This document shows positions 1 to 9,873 of a DNA stretch of 29,741 nt, in pieces. The notes beneath the pieces are model-generated. The model was not told the origin of the DNA. It searched no databases and saw nothing but the letters and a program-made list of their open reading frames with translations. Location of the stretch: assembly GCA_036338595.1 (NCBI GenBank), contig JAYZBV010000020.1, forward strand, positions 1 through 29,741. The letters are read 5' to 3'. Every line of letters begins with the position of its first letter. The first letter of the stretch is position 1. Source of the stretch: Planctomycetota bacterium. Its GTDB lineage: Bacteria; Planctomycetota; UBA8108; UBA1146. The position numbers were made by a program, and so were the translations under genes.

Positions 1-1215
1 GTTTTTGATATCGAAGGCGAATGCCCAGGTCTCCAACTCACTCCAGCCACGGGTAGCGACCAGCCACAGTCGATCGCCATCGATGTGTGGAGCCGGAGCG
101 ACCGTAAATCCCTCGTGGGCAATCGGTGGGCTCCAGGCAGAGACAGGAGCCTGGTCGGGTGTGGAGAGCTCCAGCACCACGGCCTCAAGCCAGCCAAAGT
201 CCTTCCAGGGACCGTCCTCGATGATGATATTGGTTGCTGGTCGCTGGAAATGACGACCCGTTCGTAACAAGAAGACGCATCGGTCTCCACTGGAGATCGG
301 CACCTGTGAGATTCCGATCAGCGGTGGGAATCGATTCGGCTTTCGTTCCGGGTGCAGGCTCCATGTCCATTTCACATCGAGTGAGTTCTTGGTATCGATC
401 GCAAGCACTCGGTTGCCAGAAGCAAGCAGGACCAAGTCGTCTCTTTGCAGCGGATGGAAATCAGCGACGGGGCTACGTCGAGTAGTCAATCCCTGCCTGT
501 AGGCATAGGCGGAGAAGGAGCCTGTGTCGGGCCGAGTCTCCAGTTGGGCCATCGGTAATTGAGCCTTCACCTGGTGATCCAGCAACTGTGGTGCTTCAAA
601 ATCATGGAGATGATCGGTTCGATGCCAGGGAGAGGTGATGGATGGGGCGCTGCGGATCCACTCGAGGATTTCCGGATTTACATCTTCGACGAGGTCGGCT
701 CTGCGCAGCAAAATCGATGCGGTGGCTCGGTCAGCCCGCTCGATCGCCTCGGCCAGTTGTCGTCGCGCTTCCTCTTGATGCCCTGATTTCCACAGCAGTG
801 GATTCACCCCATCGATGGGAATCGTTGCCAGGTTTCTCAGAGAATGGCCAAGGAAACCATCGGGTAGAGTCTTCTGCCAGTTAGCGAGCACCACTTCGCT
901 TGGTGGAATCAGCACCGTTCCGCGGGAACCGACCGAAAAACCATGGGGGGGAAGGACCAGTGCTCCCTGGCGACTCTCGATCCAGGTGCAGATCTGCCAG
1001 GAAGCCAAGCCGAACGGATTTCGCGGGGCAAGTTGGGTGATCTGGTCGAGGGTGGCGTTCGAGTGATGGTGTGGAATACGGCCTGGACCTGCCTTCGGAG
1101 GTCCAGGAAGTTCGACCTCGCGCAGATCGTCGCCCAGCACCGCTGGCATCGACAGCACCAGCAGGGCGACGGCGATCATCAAAGGATGGACAGTGATTTG
1201 TTGCTGGTTCGACAT
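1..1215 (-). CDS. Secreted protein with PQQ-like/BamB-like beta-propeller repeats (3' end outside window)
   Basis: Hand translation gives a frame open from ATG 1215 to the edge (405 codons), with GGAG upstream. N-terminus MSNQQQITVHPLMIAVALLVLSMPAVLG is signal-like. Blade-like motifs LVLLASGNRVLAIDTKNSLDVKWTW and APAPHIDGDRLWLVATRGWSELETWAFAFD. Confidence 0.75.
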   Translation of the reverse strand, partial: MSNQQQITVHPLMIAVALLVLSMPAVLGDDLREVELPGPPKAGPGRIPHHHSNATLDQITQLAPRNPFGLASWQICTWIESRQGALVLPPHGFSVGSRGTVLIPPSEVVLANWQKTLPDGFLGHSLRNLATIPIDGVNPLLWKSGHQEEARRQLAEAIERADRATASILLRRADLVEDVNPEILEWIRSAPSITSPWHRTDHLHDFEAPQLLDHQVKAQLPMAQLETRPDTGSFSAYAYRQGLTTRRSPVADFHPLQRDDLVLLASGNRVLAIDTKNSLDVKWTWSLHPERKPNRFPPLIGISQVPISSGDRCVFLLRTGRHFQRPATNIIIEDGPWKDFGWLEAVVLELSTPDQAPVSAWSPPIAHEGFTVAPAPHIDGDRLWLVATRGWSELETWAFAFDIKN

Positions 1216-1439
1216 GCAGATGACTCCAGTGGGTATTTTCCCGCTTGATCGGATCGAACGCCAGCGGGGTTGTGGACGTTTCTTGGCACAGATAGGCTCG
1301 TTGGTGCAGGGAGGCATATTCGGTGACAACTGCAGCGGAAGGGTTTCACCAGTAGAGACCTCGGGTCTCCCTTGTGGAGTGAGCCACCGCTTCTTCATAT
1401 TAGGGTAATGACATCGATGTGCCAGCAATGCGGGTAGGC

Positions 1440-1468
1440 TTGACCGCTCCCGGGAGGATCCCTAACAT
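1440..1468 (+). promoter_or_regulatory. Sigma70-type promoter for accBC
   Basis: TTGACC-17 nt-TAACAT upstream of accB. Confidence 0.65.
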
Positions 1469-1544
1469 CCACGGGTCGGGGCGAGGGAGCCCCTCCCACG
1501 GAGTTCTGCCAGCAGAGGACTCCCAGCATGACCGGAAGCCAGCC

Positions 1545-1997
1545 GTGGAAACCTCACGTCTCAAGGAATTGATCGAACTGATGGATCGCAACCAGCTCGA
1601 GGAGCTGGAGGTGGTCGATGGAGATCAGCGAATCCGGCTTCGCAAGCGTCCCGAGGCGAATCGTGGGGTGGTCTCGATGGCAGCGATCCCCGCAGCCGGA
1701 GCACTACCAGGGACCTCGGGTTCTCAGGGTGAGGAGTTGCCAGCAGAGCCGGGTATCGACCCGGAGTTGACGATACAATCCCCGATGGTGGGTACTTTTT
1801 ATCGATCGCCCGGGCCCGGAACAGAGCCCTTTGTAGAGGTGGGCGATCAGATCCAGGAGGGCCAGGTGCTGTGTATCGTCGAGGCGATGAAGGTGATGAA
1901 CGAGGTCAAATCAGACCGAGCCGGAGTCGTGGCCACGGTTCTCGTCGATGATGGCAATCCCGTCGAGTTCGGCCAACCCCTGTTTCTCTTCTCCTGA
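1545..1997 (+). CDS. accB: Acetyl-CoA carboxylase biotin carboxyl carrier protein
   Basis: LKELIELM...LEELEV N-terminus, IQSPMVGTFYRSP, biotinylation motif EAMKVMNE, VEFGQPLF. Start set at GTG 1545, downstream of the promoter (track start 1419). Confidence 0.95.
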   Translation: METSRLKELIELMDRNQLEELEVVDGDQRIRLRKRPEANRGVVSMAAIPAAGALPGTSGSQGEELPAEPGIDPELTIQSPMVGTFYRSPGPGTEPFVEVGDQIQEGQVLCIVEAMKVMNEVKSDRAGVVATVLVDDGNPVEFGQPLFLFS

Positions 1998-2012
1998 GAT
2001 CGAGTGGAGCGG

Positions 2013-3365
2013 ATGAAACCATTTTCTAGAATCCTGGTCGCCAATCGAGGCGAAATCGCTCTTCGAATCATTCGCGCCTGTCGTGAACTTGATATCGAGA
2101 CGGTGGTGGTCTATTCGGAGGCAGATCGTGGTGCTGCTTATCTCGATCTTGCAGATGAAAAGATCTGCATTGGTCCTGCTCCGAGTGCGAATTCATACCT
2201 CGATATTTCAAAGATCATCGCTGCTGCTGAAATCTCGGATGTGGAGGCGATTCATCCCGGTTACGGGTTCCTTTCCGAAAATCCTCAGTTTGCAGAGATT
2301 TGCCAGTCTTGCAGAATTCAGTTCATCGGTCCGACCGTCGAGAATATCAGGCAACTTGGCGACAAGGCTGCGGCAAGGAAACTGGCGCTGGAGGTTGGAG
2401 TGCCGGTGGTCCCTGGCTCTGAAGGGGTCGTCTCCGACGAGGAGCAAGCGAAAGCCGTGGCCCGGGAGATCGGCTACCCGGTGCTGATCAAGGCGGTTGC
2501 GGGCGGCGGAGGCAGAGGAATGCGGGTGGCGACCGATGAGCCGAACTTTTCAGGCGCATTTCAGGCTGCCAGAAGCGAGGCTGAAATTGCCTTCAAGAAC
2601 TCGGATGTATACATAGAAAAATACATCGAGAAGCCGCGCCATGTCGAGATCCAGGTGATGGCGGATTCGTACGGAAGCGTGGTTCATCTGGGAGAGAGAG
2701 ATTGTTCCCTCCAGCGGAGACATCAGAAGTTGCTGGAAGAGAGTCCGTCTCCTGCGGTCGACGATGAACTCAGGTTGCGGATGGGATCCAGTGCCACGGA
2801 GTTGACCCTCGCGGCAGGCTATCGGGGCGCAGGAACCATCGAGTTCTTGCTCGATCCCGATGGGAACTACTTTTTCATCGAGATGAACACGAGGATCCAG
2901 GTTGAGCATCCGGTGACAGAGATGGTGACGGGAATCGATCTGCTGCAGGAACAGATCAGGGTCGCTGCCGGATCCCCACTTCGGTATCGACAGGAGGATA
3001 TTCGGATCCAGGGCCATTGTATCGAGTGCCGGATCAACGCGGAAAATCCGGCGAACGGCTTCACGCCATCGCCTGGCAAGATCACGCAGATGAGAGTGCC
3101 GGGGGGGATGGGAGTTCGCTTCGATTCACACGTCTATGCCGGCTACACCGTCCCGAGCACCTACGATTCCCTGCTGGGTAAATTGATCGTGCACAGAGAA
3201 ACCCGCGAGGAGGCGATTCGCACCATGCTCAGGGCTCTTGACGAGTTCGTGATCGAAGGCATCCACACGACGATTCCATTCTATCGAGAGGTTCTGCAGC
3301 ACTTCCACTTCGTCAAGGGCAACCTCGATACAGGATTCATCGAGGAATATCTGATCGACGCATGA
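2013..3365 (+). CDS. accC: Acetyl-CoA carboxylase biotin carboxylase subunit
   Basis: [68 protein letters not shown] 2013 follows GGAG. Confidence 0.97.
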   Translation: MKPFSRILVANRGEIALRIIRACRELDIETVVVYSEADRGAAYLDLADEKICIGPAPSANSYLDISKIIAAAEISDVEAIHPGYGFLSENPQFAEICQSCRIQFIGPTVENIRQLGDKAAARKLALEVGVPVVPGSEGVVSDEEQAKAVAREIGYPVLIKAVAGGGGRGMRVATDEPNFSGAFQAARSEAEIAFKNSDVYIEKYIEKPRHVEIQVMADSYGSVVHLGERDCSLQRRHQKLLEESPSPAVDDELRLRMGSSATELTLAAGYRGAGTIEFLLDPDGNYFFIEMNTRIQVEHPVTEMVTGIDLLQEQIRVAAGSPLRYRQEDIRIQGHCIECRINAENPANGFTPSPGKITQMRVPGGMGVRFDSHVYAGYTVPSTYDSLLGKLIVHRETREEAIRTMLRALDEFVIEGIHTTIPFYREVLQHFHFVKGNLDTGFIEEYLIDA

Positions 3366-3435
3366 ACTGTTGTCGCCAAATGGCCGTGCGCTCTCTCCAT
3401 CGCTGATTTGGTGCCCAAACCTGTTCCAGTGGGGC

Positions 3436-3463
3436 TTGCCTCTTTCTCCTGCACAGTCACAAT
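3436..3463 (+). promoter_or_regulatory. Possible sigma70-type promoter for the pilin cassette
   Basis: TTGCCT-16 nt-CACAAT in the accC-pilin intergenic region. Confidence 0.35.
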
Positions 3464-3560
3464 GAAGGGACCGCGCGGCATAGCGCCGGGCGTAGGCCCT
3501 CAGGTTCGGAGTTCGTCCCAGACTCCGAGAGGGCGACATTCTCTCGGAAGGGAATACCGG

Positions 3561-4220
3561 ATGATCTTCATGTTGATCCCCAACAGCAGGGGGGACTCTT
3601 CAATTGATGGCACAGACTCCAACGACCGTCGTAGAGATGCAGGATTCACGCTCATCGAATTGATGATCGTGGTGGCCATCATCGCAGTGCTATCAACTCT
3701 TGTGACCAAGATGATTCAGCAAGCTCAGGCCAAGGCGGCAGAGGCGCGAGCTGCCAATGACATCTCAAGCCTGAAGAATGCGCTGGAGAGTTACAACCGC
3801 GATGAGGGGGTTTACCCCGGATGGAATTTGCAGGTCGGAGATCCTGAGGATTTCAACGGATTTCCGACGATGTACGAGAACATCGCTGGCGAGAGACCTC
3901 CTCAGGGGCGAGGCGGAAAGAACTCGCCCTATATCGAACTCGATACCGACATGATCGTGATTGTCGATGAGGACTACGATGAAGAATTCAAGGTCGTGGG
4001 GCGCGATGATCTGTACGATCCAGATGTAGAGAAGTTCTACTTTGACCCCTGGAGCGTTCCTTATCTCTACCGGGAGAATAAATCCAAACGAGTGAAGGAA
4101 GACTGGATGATTCGTAGATCTGGCTACGACCTCTGGTCAGCGGGCCCAGATGGAGAGAACGAGGCCTGTCTTGGAATCCCCGAGGATGGCGAGGAGTACG
4201 ATGACATCGGAAACTGGTAA
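3561..4220 (+). CDS. Prepilin-type protein, GspG-like major pseudopilin
   Basis: AG|FTLIELMIVVAIIAVL cleavage/methylation motif. C-terminal DPWSVPY...YDLWSAGPDG...DDIGNW matches the GspG pattern. Start 3561 or 3570. Confidence 0.85.
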   Translation: MIFMLIPNSRGDSSIDGTDSNDRRRDAGFTLIELMIVVAIIAVLSTLVTKMIQQAQAKAAEARAANDISSLKNALESYNRDEGVYPGWNLQVGDPEDFNGFPTMYENIAGERPPQGRGGKNSPYIELDTDMIVIVDEDYDEEFKVVGRDDLYDPDVEKFYFDPWSVPYLYRENKSKRVKEDWMIRRSGYDLWSAGPDGENEACLGIPEDGEEYDDIGNW

Positions 4221-4935
4221 CCCTCGTCCCGATTCGCGCAGGAATGCCAGGCGAGAACGGCAAGAGTCTCCAGTGGCGGGCTTCACGATGGTCGAACTGA
4301 TGGTCACCATCGCGCTGATCGTTTTCCTCATGGGGATGCTGGGCGTGATGACCGGGAGTTACCTTGAAAAAGCCTCCATCGCCCGAACCGAGGCGCTGAT
4401 TGCTCGCGTCAGTCTGGTGATCGACCAGTACCACTCCAAGGTCGGGGGCTTTCCCACCGATGGTCTCGATGGAAATGATCTGATCACCGAAGAGGGATCC
4501 ATCTTGACGGGAGGGGCGGCGTTGACATTCACCTTGTCGCAGCCGTTGATTCTCACCCGGACCAAGCCAAACGGTGAGATCCGTGTCATCGGCGAGGATC
4601 CGCCAATGATCGAGTTCCGAAGCGACGAACTCTCAGCGGCTTCCGATGGAGATGAAACTGCCAGACAGGTGCTCGATGCCTGGGGTGAACCGGTTCATTA
4701 CGACGATGTTTCCAAGGGGGATTCCGGATATAGCCCGCAGAGCGACGGGGAGTCGCATCTCGACTGGGATGATGATGTCCAGGTCCACAGCGAGGATCCC
4801 AGGGATGTTGGCGAAGGTACCATCGGGACCGGGCCTCAGAACACCAAGCAGTTCGACATCTGGAGTCACGGATCGTCGGGACATTCGTCTGAAGAATCCT
4901 ACGAGGATCTGATCTCGAACTGGCAGGAGGGGTAG
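4201..4935 (+). CDS. Prepilin-type protein, second GspG-like paralog
   Basis: AG|FTMVELMVTIALIVFL; DAWGEPVHY...FDIWSHG...DLISNW. ATG 4201 follows GAGGAG and overlaps the upstream gene. Confidence 0.85.
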   Translation: MTSETGNPRPDSRRNARRERQESPVAGFTMVELMVTIALIVFLMGMLGVMTGSYLEKASIARTEALIARVSLVIDQYHSKVGGFPTDGLDGNDLITEEGSILTGGAALTFTLSQPLILTRTKPNGEIRVIGEDPPMIEFRSDELSAASDGDETARQVLDAWGEPVHYDDVSKGDSGYSPQSDGESHLDWDDDVQVHSEDPRDVGEGTIGTGPQNTKQFDIWSHGSSGHSSEESYEDLISNWQEG

Positions 4936-4937
4936 TA

Positions 4938-5579
4938 GTGGTCACGCTCCAAACTGAAGACCGATCTCAGCCTGGATTCACGCTGGTCGAGATGATCGTC
5001 ACCATTGGCATCATCATCGTCGCCGCAGGTTTCATTGCCCCATCCATCGCAGCGATCTTCCAGGATCGCCGAATCGAGAATGCAGCTGCCATCATCGTGA
5101 GCACGGTCAATGAGGCGAGAAACAACGCCGTGACCAAGAAGCAGGAGTACTCCGTGGTGTTTCTCAAGAGGGGAGTTCGACTGTACCGACATCCCAAGGG
5201 AGAGGACCCTGGCGGCTTTGTCGGAGGATTGCGCTCCATCAATGTCGGGGACAGCGATCACATCACCTACGATTTGCCCTGCGCCGATTGTATCCATGAA
5301 GAGATTCCCAGTTTGCTGCAAGGCCAGGAGAGAGAGTTGCCAGCGGATAAGTGGAAGCTTGAACGTGGGGACTACTTCATCCGGTTGATGACAGACGGGA
5401 CCATCGACTTTGGCTTGCTCAATGATATTCCCAGTTACAAATTCCAGGCCGACCCTCCCTATGGTGGAGACATGATCCTTCACCAGAAGGGCGACCTGAG
5501 GGATTGCTTCATCGATTTCCGTCCGACCGGAAGGGTCGTCAGCAAGGTCGGAGAGGTTGAATTTGATGACGCCAACTAG
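4938..5579 (+). CDS. Prepilin-type minor pilin, GspH/FimT-like
   Basis: PG|FTLVEMIVTIGIIIV, then AAAIIVSTVNEARNNAV typical of GspH/FimT; C-terminal FRPTGRV. Confidence 0.85.
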   Translation: MVTLQTEDRSQPGFTLVEMIVTIGIIIVAAGFIAPSIAAIFQDRRIENAAAIIVSTVNEARNNAVTKKQEYSVVFLKRGVRLYRHPKGEDPGGFVGGLRSINVGDSDHITYDLPCADCIHEEIPSLLQGQERELPADKWKLERGDYFIRLMTDGTIDFGLLNDIPSYKFQADPPYGGDMILHQKGDLRDCFIDFRPTGRVVSKVGEVEFDDAN

Positions 5580-6414
5580 GTCCACGGACAAGGGATTCAC
5601 GATTCTCGAGATTCTGCTGGCGGTGGTCATCCTGACCGTGGGTCTGTTGGGGCTTCTGGCCGTTTTTCCCGTTGCCATGCGTTCAGGTAAGCAGGCTGTC
5701 GAGACCACCAATGCGGTGATCATCACCAAATCAGTGGAACAGGCGATTCGCGCCGGACTGCGAGAGCGAAAGCGCCAGAGCAGCGATGGAAAGTGGACCT
5801 ACTTCATCTTCAGCCATGATGGCGTTGAGGATCCGCTCCCCGAGACGGTCAAGGACGCACGCCCGGATTCAGATTATTACATCCTGCTGCCAAGTCCTGA
5901 TCCTGACCGAAAGGCTTCCCAGCCCAGAGATTCCTTCTATGAGCGGGGAAAGACCTTTGTTTTTCCTGAAACAGATGGGTCGATCTGGGAGGTCTTCGAG
6001 TCCGGGGAAACGAGAGAGGTGACGGACGAAACTTCTCAGGCCCGGGCCAACGGCAACGGGAATGTGCTGCGGGCAGATGACGATGGAGACGATCGGGAAA
6101 TCAGCAACCGTTTCGAGACTTTCGAGACGATTGATGTTCGAAGAGTGTACTACCTGAGCAACAGGTTCTTCGATGAGGAGTGGGCCAGCAATTATAATGT
6201 CACAGACAATGACCCCATCTCGCAGTACTCGTTCGCCTTTGCCATCCGCCCGGCCAGACAGGATGGTAGCCTGGATTTGCAGTATCCCGACAGCGGGAGC
6301 TTCGTACCGGCGGGTGAACTGTACGAGGTGGACATCCTCGTTTTCCGGTCATTCCGGGAAGGGACAACCAGTGCGGATCCGATCTACGAGAGCCAGATTC
6401 TTGTCCATCGATGA
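5566..6414 (+). CDS. Prepilin-type minor pilin, PilV/GspI-like
   Basis: KG|FTILEILLAVVILTVGLLGLLAVFP, the ExLxAxxILxxGLLG pattern of PilV/GspI. ATG 5566 follows GAGG. Confidence 0.85.
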   Translation: MTPTRSTDKGFTILEILLAVVILTVGLLGLLAVFPVAMRSGKQAVETTNAVIITKSVEQAIRAGLRERKRQSSDGKWTYFIFSHDGVEDPLPETVKDARPDSDYYILLPSPDPDRKASQPRDSFYERGKTFVFPETDGSIWEVFESGETREVTDETSQARANGNGNVLRADDDGDDREISNRFETFETIDVRRVYYLSNRFFDEEWASNYNVTDNDPISQYSFAFAIRPARQDGSLDLQYPDSGSFVPAGELYEVDILVFRSFREGTTSADPIYESQILVHR

Positions 6415-7624
6415 GCCGGATGCCGTCCGAAAGGATGAAGGCTTCACGCTTCTCGAATTGCTCGTTGCGCTGACACTCGCAGCGATCATCTCGCTCATCA
6501 TCTCACAGGTGGGGACGGATTCGCAGCGAATGTATGACACCACGATCACCACAGTCGAGACGTATCAGAAGTTCAGATACGCCCTGAACGATATCAACGA
6601 AAACCTCTCGAAGATGGTGCCGACCGCTTCCCTCGAGTTCTATCAGGACCAGGGGAGATCAAGGAATTACTGGGATGAGGGCGAGGAACTGAAGGATCAG
6701 GATGTAGGGCCAAACCTGGAGGGCGGGACCCAGGGCCGTTACGACGAGTCGGCGGTCCTGTTCGAGCGGAAGTACCTACTGGCGGATCCGCGCCCCGATG
6801 AGCCTGAAGAGCACTGGAACGATTCCATTTACTTCAAGGCCGCAGTCGAGGTCGATGGAGTCATGCGTCTTGCAAATGTGGAGTACTTTCTGGCTGATCC
6901 GAGAAAACTGGAGAGAGGTGACTCTGCTGGCCTCGATGGCAAGATCAGTGCGGATGAGGAACTCACCTTTCAGGAGAGTCGGTCGCTGGTCCTCTTGAAG
7001 GTGATTCGTTATGTCGATCTTGGACTCAACAACTACAGGTCAACCGAGGTCAGGGTGCGCAAGAAAATCGTCGAACTGTGCTCCAATGTGACGGACTTGA
7101 GGATCGAGTATTACTACGACAACCAGTTTGACGACCGTCCTGGAGGCTTCATGAGCCCCTCCGTGGAACTCACGCCGGAACTGGTCATCTCGGAGGATCG
7201 AGATCTGAGAAATCGAAATGGGACGCTTGCGAAGAAGTTTCTCTATGGAGGATTTCAGTCGACATTGCGCACCAACGCTCGTGCCGGTGTGAGGAATCTG
7301 ACCACCGGAGAGAATCTTCCCGTGCAGTTCAACTACACCAATAGCAGGATCAAATTCTCGCAGTTACGCCCGGGCGACAAGTTGTACATCTGGACAGATG
7401 GGGGCAGCACATTCCCCTCTGCCGAATTCACGATGCTATACAACGAAGCCGGAAGGCTGTTCATGAAGGAACCGATCAATTCGAGCGGATGGGATCAGGA
7501 TCCAGGCGGACTTCGCTTCAGGGCAGCATATGTGCCGCCGGAGTTCAGGATTTCTGTCCGGGTTCTCAATGAGAAACAGCAGGAGCCGAGGACCTTGACG
7601 ATGGTGGTCCGCACCAACGGCTGA
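6401..7624 (+). CDS. Prepilin-type minor pilin, PilW/GspJ-like, large
   Basis: EG|FTLLELLVALTLAAIISLII, then FRYALNDINENL. Probable TTG start at 6401; the track start at 6173 lies deep inside the upstream gene. Confidence 0.8.
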   Translation: MSIDEPDAVRKDEGFTLLELLVALTLAAIISLIISQVGTDSQRMYDTTITTVETYQKFRYALNDINENLSKMVPTASLEFYQDQGRSRNYWDEGEELKDQDVGPNLEGGTQGRYDESAVLFERKYLLADPRPDEPEEHWNDSIYFKAAVEVDGVMRLANVEYFLADPRKLERGDSAGLDGKISADEELTFQESRSLVLLKVIRYVDLGLNNYRSTEVRVRKKIVELCSNVTDLRIEYYYDNQFDDRPGGFMSPSVELTPELVISEDRDLRNRNGTLAKKFLYGGFQSTLRTNARAGVRNLTTGENLPVQFNYTNSRIKFSQLRPGDKLYIWTDGGSTFPSAEFTMLYNEAGRLFMKEPINSSGWDQDPGGLRFRAAYVPPEFRISVRVLNEKQQEPRTLTMVVRTNG

Positions 7625-7659
7625 TACGGCTCACACTTCTCATCGCATGGGGGATCGCT

Positions 7660-9159
7660 TCAATCTTGCCGTTCAGTGTTCAAGGCCAGCAGGAAGTCGA
7701 CATTGGAGTCGGTCTGCTTCAACTTGGCCTTCAACATCTCCATCGCATCGACAGGATTCATGTCATTGAGCACCTTGCGCAGGATCCAGAGACGCTTGAT
7801 CTCCTCTGCACTCATCAACAACTCCTCCTTGCGAGTTCCTGATCGATTGATATCGATTGCGGGCCAAACCCGTTTATCCGCAAGGCGTCGATCGAGGTGG
7901 AGTTCCATGTTACCCGTACCCTTGAACTCCTCGAAGATCACCTCGTCCATCCTGGATCCAGTGTCGATCAGCGCAGTGGCCAAGATGGTGAGACTACCAC
8001 CCTCTTCGATATTTCTGGCGGCACCGAAGAACCTCTTGGGGCGCTGCAGTGCTCCGGCATCGACACCACCGGAGAGGATTCGACCCGAGTGCGGTGCCTC
8101 GTTGTTGTAGGCGCGACCCAGTCGGGTGATCGAGTCGAGCAGGATGACCACATCGCGGCCATACTCGACGAGTCGACGAGCTTTTTCGATGACCATCTCG
8201 GCAACCTGTACATGACGGCTGGCGGGCTCGTCAAAGGTGGATGAGATCACCTCACCACGAACATTCCGCTCCATGTCGGTCACTTCTTCAGGTCGTTCAT
8301 CGATCAACAACACCATCAGATCGACATCCGGATGGTTGGTTGCGATGGCGTTGGCGATCAACTGGAGGATGACCGTCTTGCCTGTCCGTGGGGGAGCGAC
8401 GATGAGGCCCCTCTGGCCCTTACCAATCGGAGTGACGAGATCGATGATGCGGGTCTCGATCACCGTGTTTTCGGTCTCCATCTGAAGTCGGTCGTCCGGA
8501 TACAGCGGTGTGAGGTCGTCAAAGACGACCTTGTTGTGAACGTTATCTGTATCCTCGTAGTTGATCGCATCGACCTGCAGCAGGGCAAAGTATCGTTCAC
8601 CCTCCTTGGGCGGCCGAACCTGCCCCTGGATGACGGTGCCTGTGACCAGCCCGAAGCGGCGGATCTGCGATGGCGATACATAGATGTCATCTGCGCAGGG
8701 ATAGTATGAGTAACGTGGGGAGCGAAGAAATCCAAAGCCGTCGGGAAGCACCTCGAGAACACCTTCGCCATACATGACACCCGAGGCCTGTGCCCTTTTC
8801 TTGAGGATCTCGAAGATGAGATCCTGCTTCTTCATTCCTGCGATCTCCTCGATGCCATCGTCTCGGGCGGCCTGTTGAAGTTCGGCCATCGTCATCTTGT
8901 GCATTTCCGAGAGATGCAACTCAGGCATCTTACCGGACACGGCAACCGGGACCTCGTCCATGTCCTCCACATCCATCGGAAGTCCTTCGAACTCAGGAGG
9001 AGGGGGTGCTTGTTTGCGGGTGGTCTTTTTTCGGGAGGGCCTATCTCCGGATGATCTGGTGGGACGTCGGCTTGTTTTTTTGGCGCGAGAGGTGGTCGAA
9101 CGACCTCCCCGTTCGCTCTTTTCATTTTCACCAGATTTTTTCGATGGTCGTGGAGTCAT
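7660..9159 (-). CDS. rho: Transcription termination factor Rho
   Basis: [84 protein letters not shown]. Confidence 0.98.
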   Translation of the reverse strand: MTPRPSKKSGENEKSERGGRSTTSRAKKTSRRPTRSSGDRPSRKKTTRKQAPPPPEFEGLPMDVEDMDEVPVAVSGKMPELHLSEMHKMTMAELQQAARDDGIEEIAGMKKQDLIFEILKKRAQASGVMYGEGVLEVLPDGFGFLRSPRYSYYPCADDIYVSPSQIRRFGLVTGTVIQGQVRPPKEGERYFALLQVDAINYEDTDNVHNKVVFDDLTPLYPDDRLQMETENTVIETRIIDLVTPIGKGQRGLIVAPPRTGKTVILQLIANAIATNHPDVDLMVLLIDERPEEVTDMERNVRGEVISSTFDEPASRHVQVAEMVIEKARRLVEYGRDVVILLDSITRLGRAYNNEAPHSGRILSGGVDAGALQRPKRFFGAARNIEEGGSLTILATALIDTGSRMDEVIFEEFKGTGNMELHLDRRLADKRVWPAIDINRSGTRKEELLMSAEEIKRLWILRKVLNDMNPVDAMEMLKAKLKQTDSNVDFLLALNTERQD

Positions 9160-9180
9160 CAGCAGTTCACCTCGATATTC

Positions 9181-9873
9181 TCATTCCGGGGATCCATTGC
9201 AGTGGTCTATCCACTGCTGGATGAATCGCTGGCATTGCTCTTCGATCTCCTCGTCGGACACACCGTCCGGATTCGAGATCACACCGTCTGCGGCACTTCT
9301 TTTCTGTTCCAGAGGAACCTGTGCCGCCTCCCTCGATTGCCTCTCCCCAGGACGCCAGCCCCTCGCCCTCTGAACTCGACCTTCCCGCTGCTCATCTGGA
9401 GCATCCACAAAGAGCACTTGATCAACGACTTTGTGGAGGGGGGAACTTTCGAGAAGAGGAATGTCAAGGAGGATCAATGGCCGCCCTCCTGGGAGGGGAC
9501 TGCTTTCATCGAACCCCATCCGGGCTATTTGTGCAAGCCTATCCTCGATCCGATTTCGGACTCTGGGGTGGATGATCGCCTCCAGCAGGCTCCGAGAGGC
9601 ATCGTCGGAGAAGACTCGCTGCGCGATGGCGTCGCGATCGAGGGCCCCGTCAGCGTCCTTCAGACCGCTTCCCAGGGCCTCTTCCACTTCCAGGATCACT
9701 GCGGGATCTTCCAGAACCTCGTGAGCCAGTTGATCTGCGTCGATCCTGTGGGCGCCGAGTGCCTCGAAGGATCGAGCGACGGTGCTCTTTCCCGATCCGA
9801 TACCGCCGGTGAGGCCGACCGTCCAGGGTGCCCCGATTCCATCCGTGTGTTTTCCATCTTCATTTCGAGGCAT
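9181..9873 (-). CDS. coaE: Dephospho-CoA kinase
   Basis: VGLTGGIGSGKSTV, IDADQLAH, LDRDAIAQRVF, LEAIIHP, DIPLL. ATG 9873 overlaps the end of polA. Confidence 0.93.
   Translation of the reverse strand: MPRNEDGKHTDGIGAPWTVGLTGGIGSGKSTVARSFEALGAHRIDADQLAHEVLEDPAVILEVEEALGSGLKDADGALDRDAIAQRVFSDDASRSLLEAIIHPRVRNRIEDRLAQIARMGFDESSPLPGGRPLILLDIPLLESSPLHKVVDQVLFVDAPDEQREGRVQRARGWRPGERQSREAAQVPLEQKRSAADGVISNPDGVSDEEIEEQCQRFIQQWIDHCNGSPE

Noticed and set aside
4899..5729. 276-aa minus-strand ORF
   Set aside because: Antisense to well-supported pilin genes.
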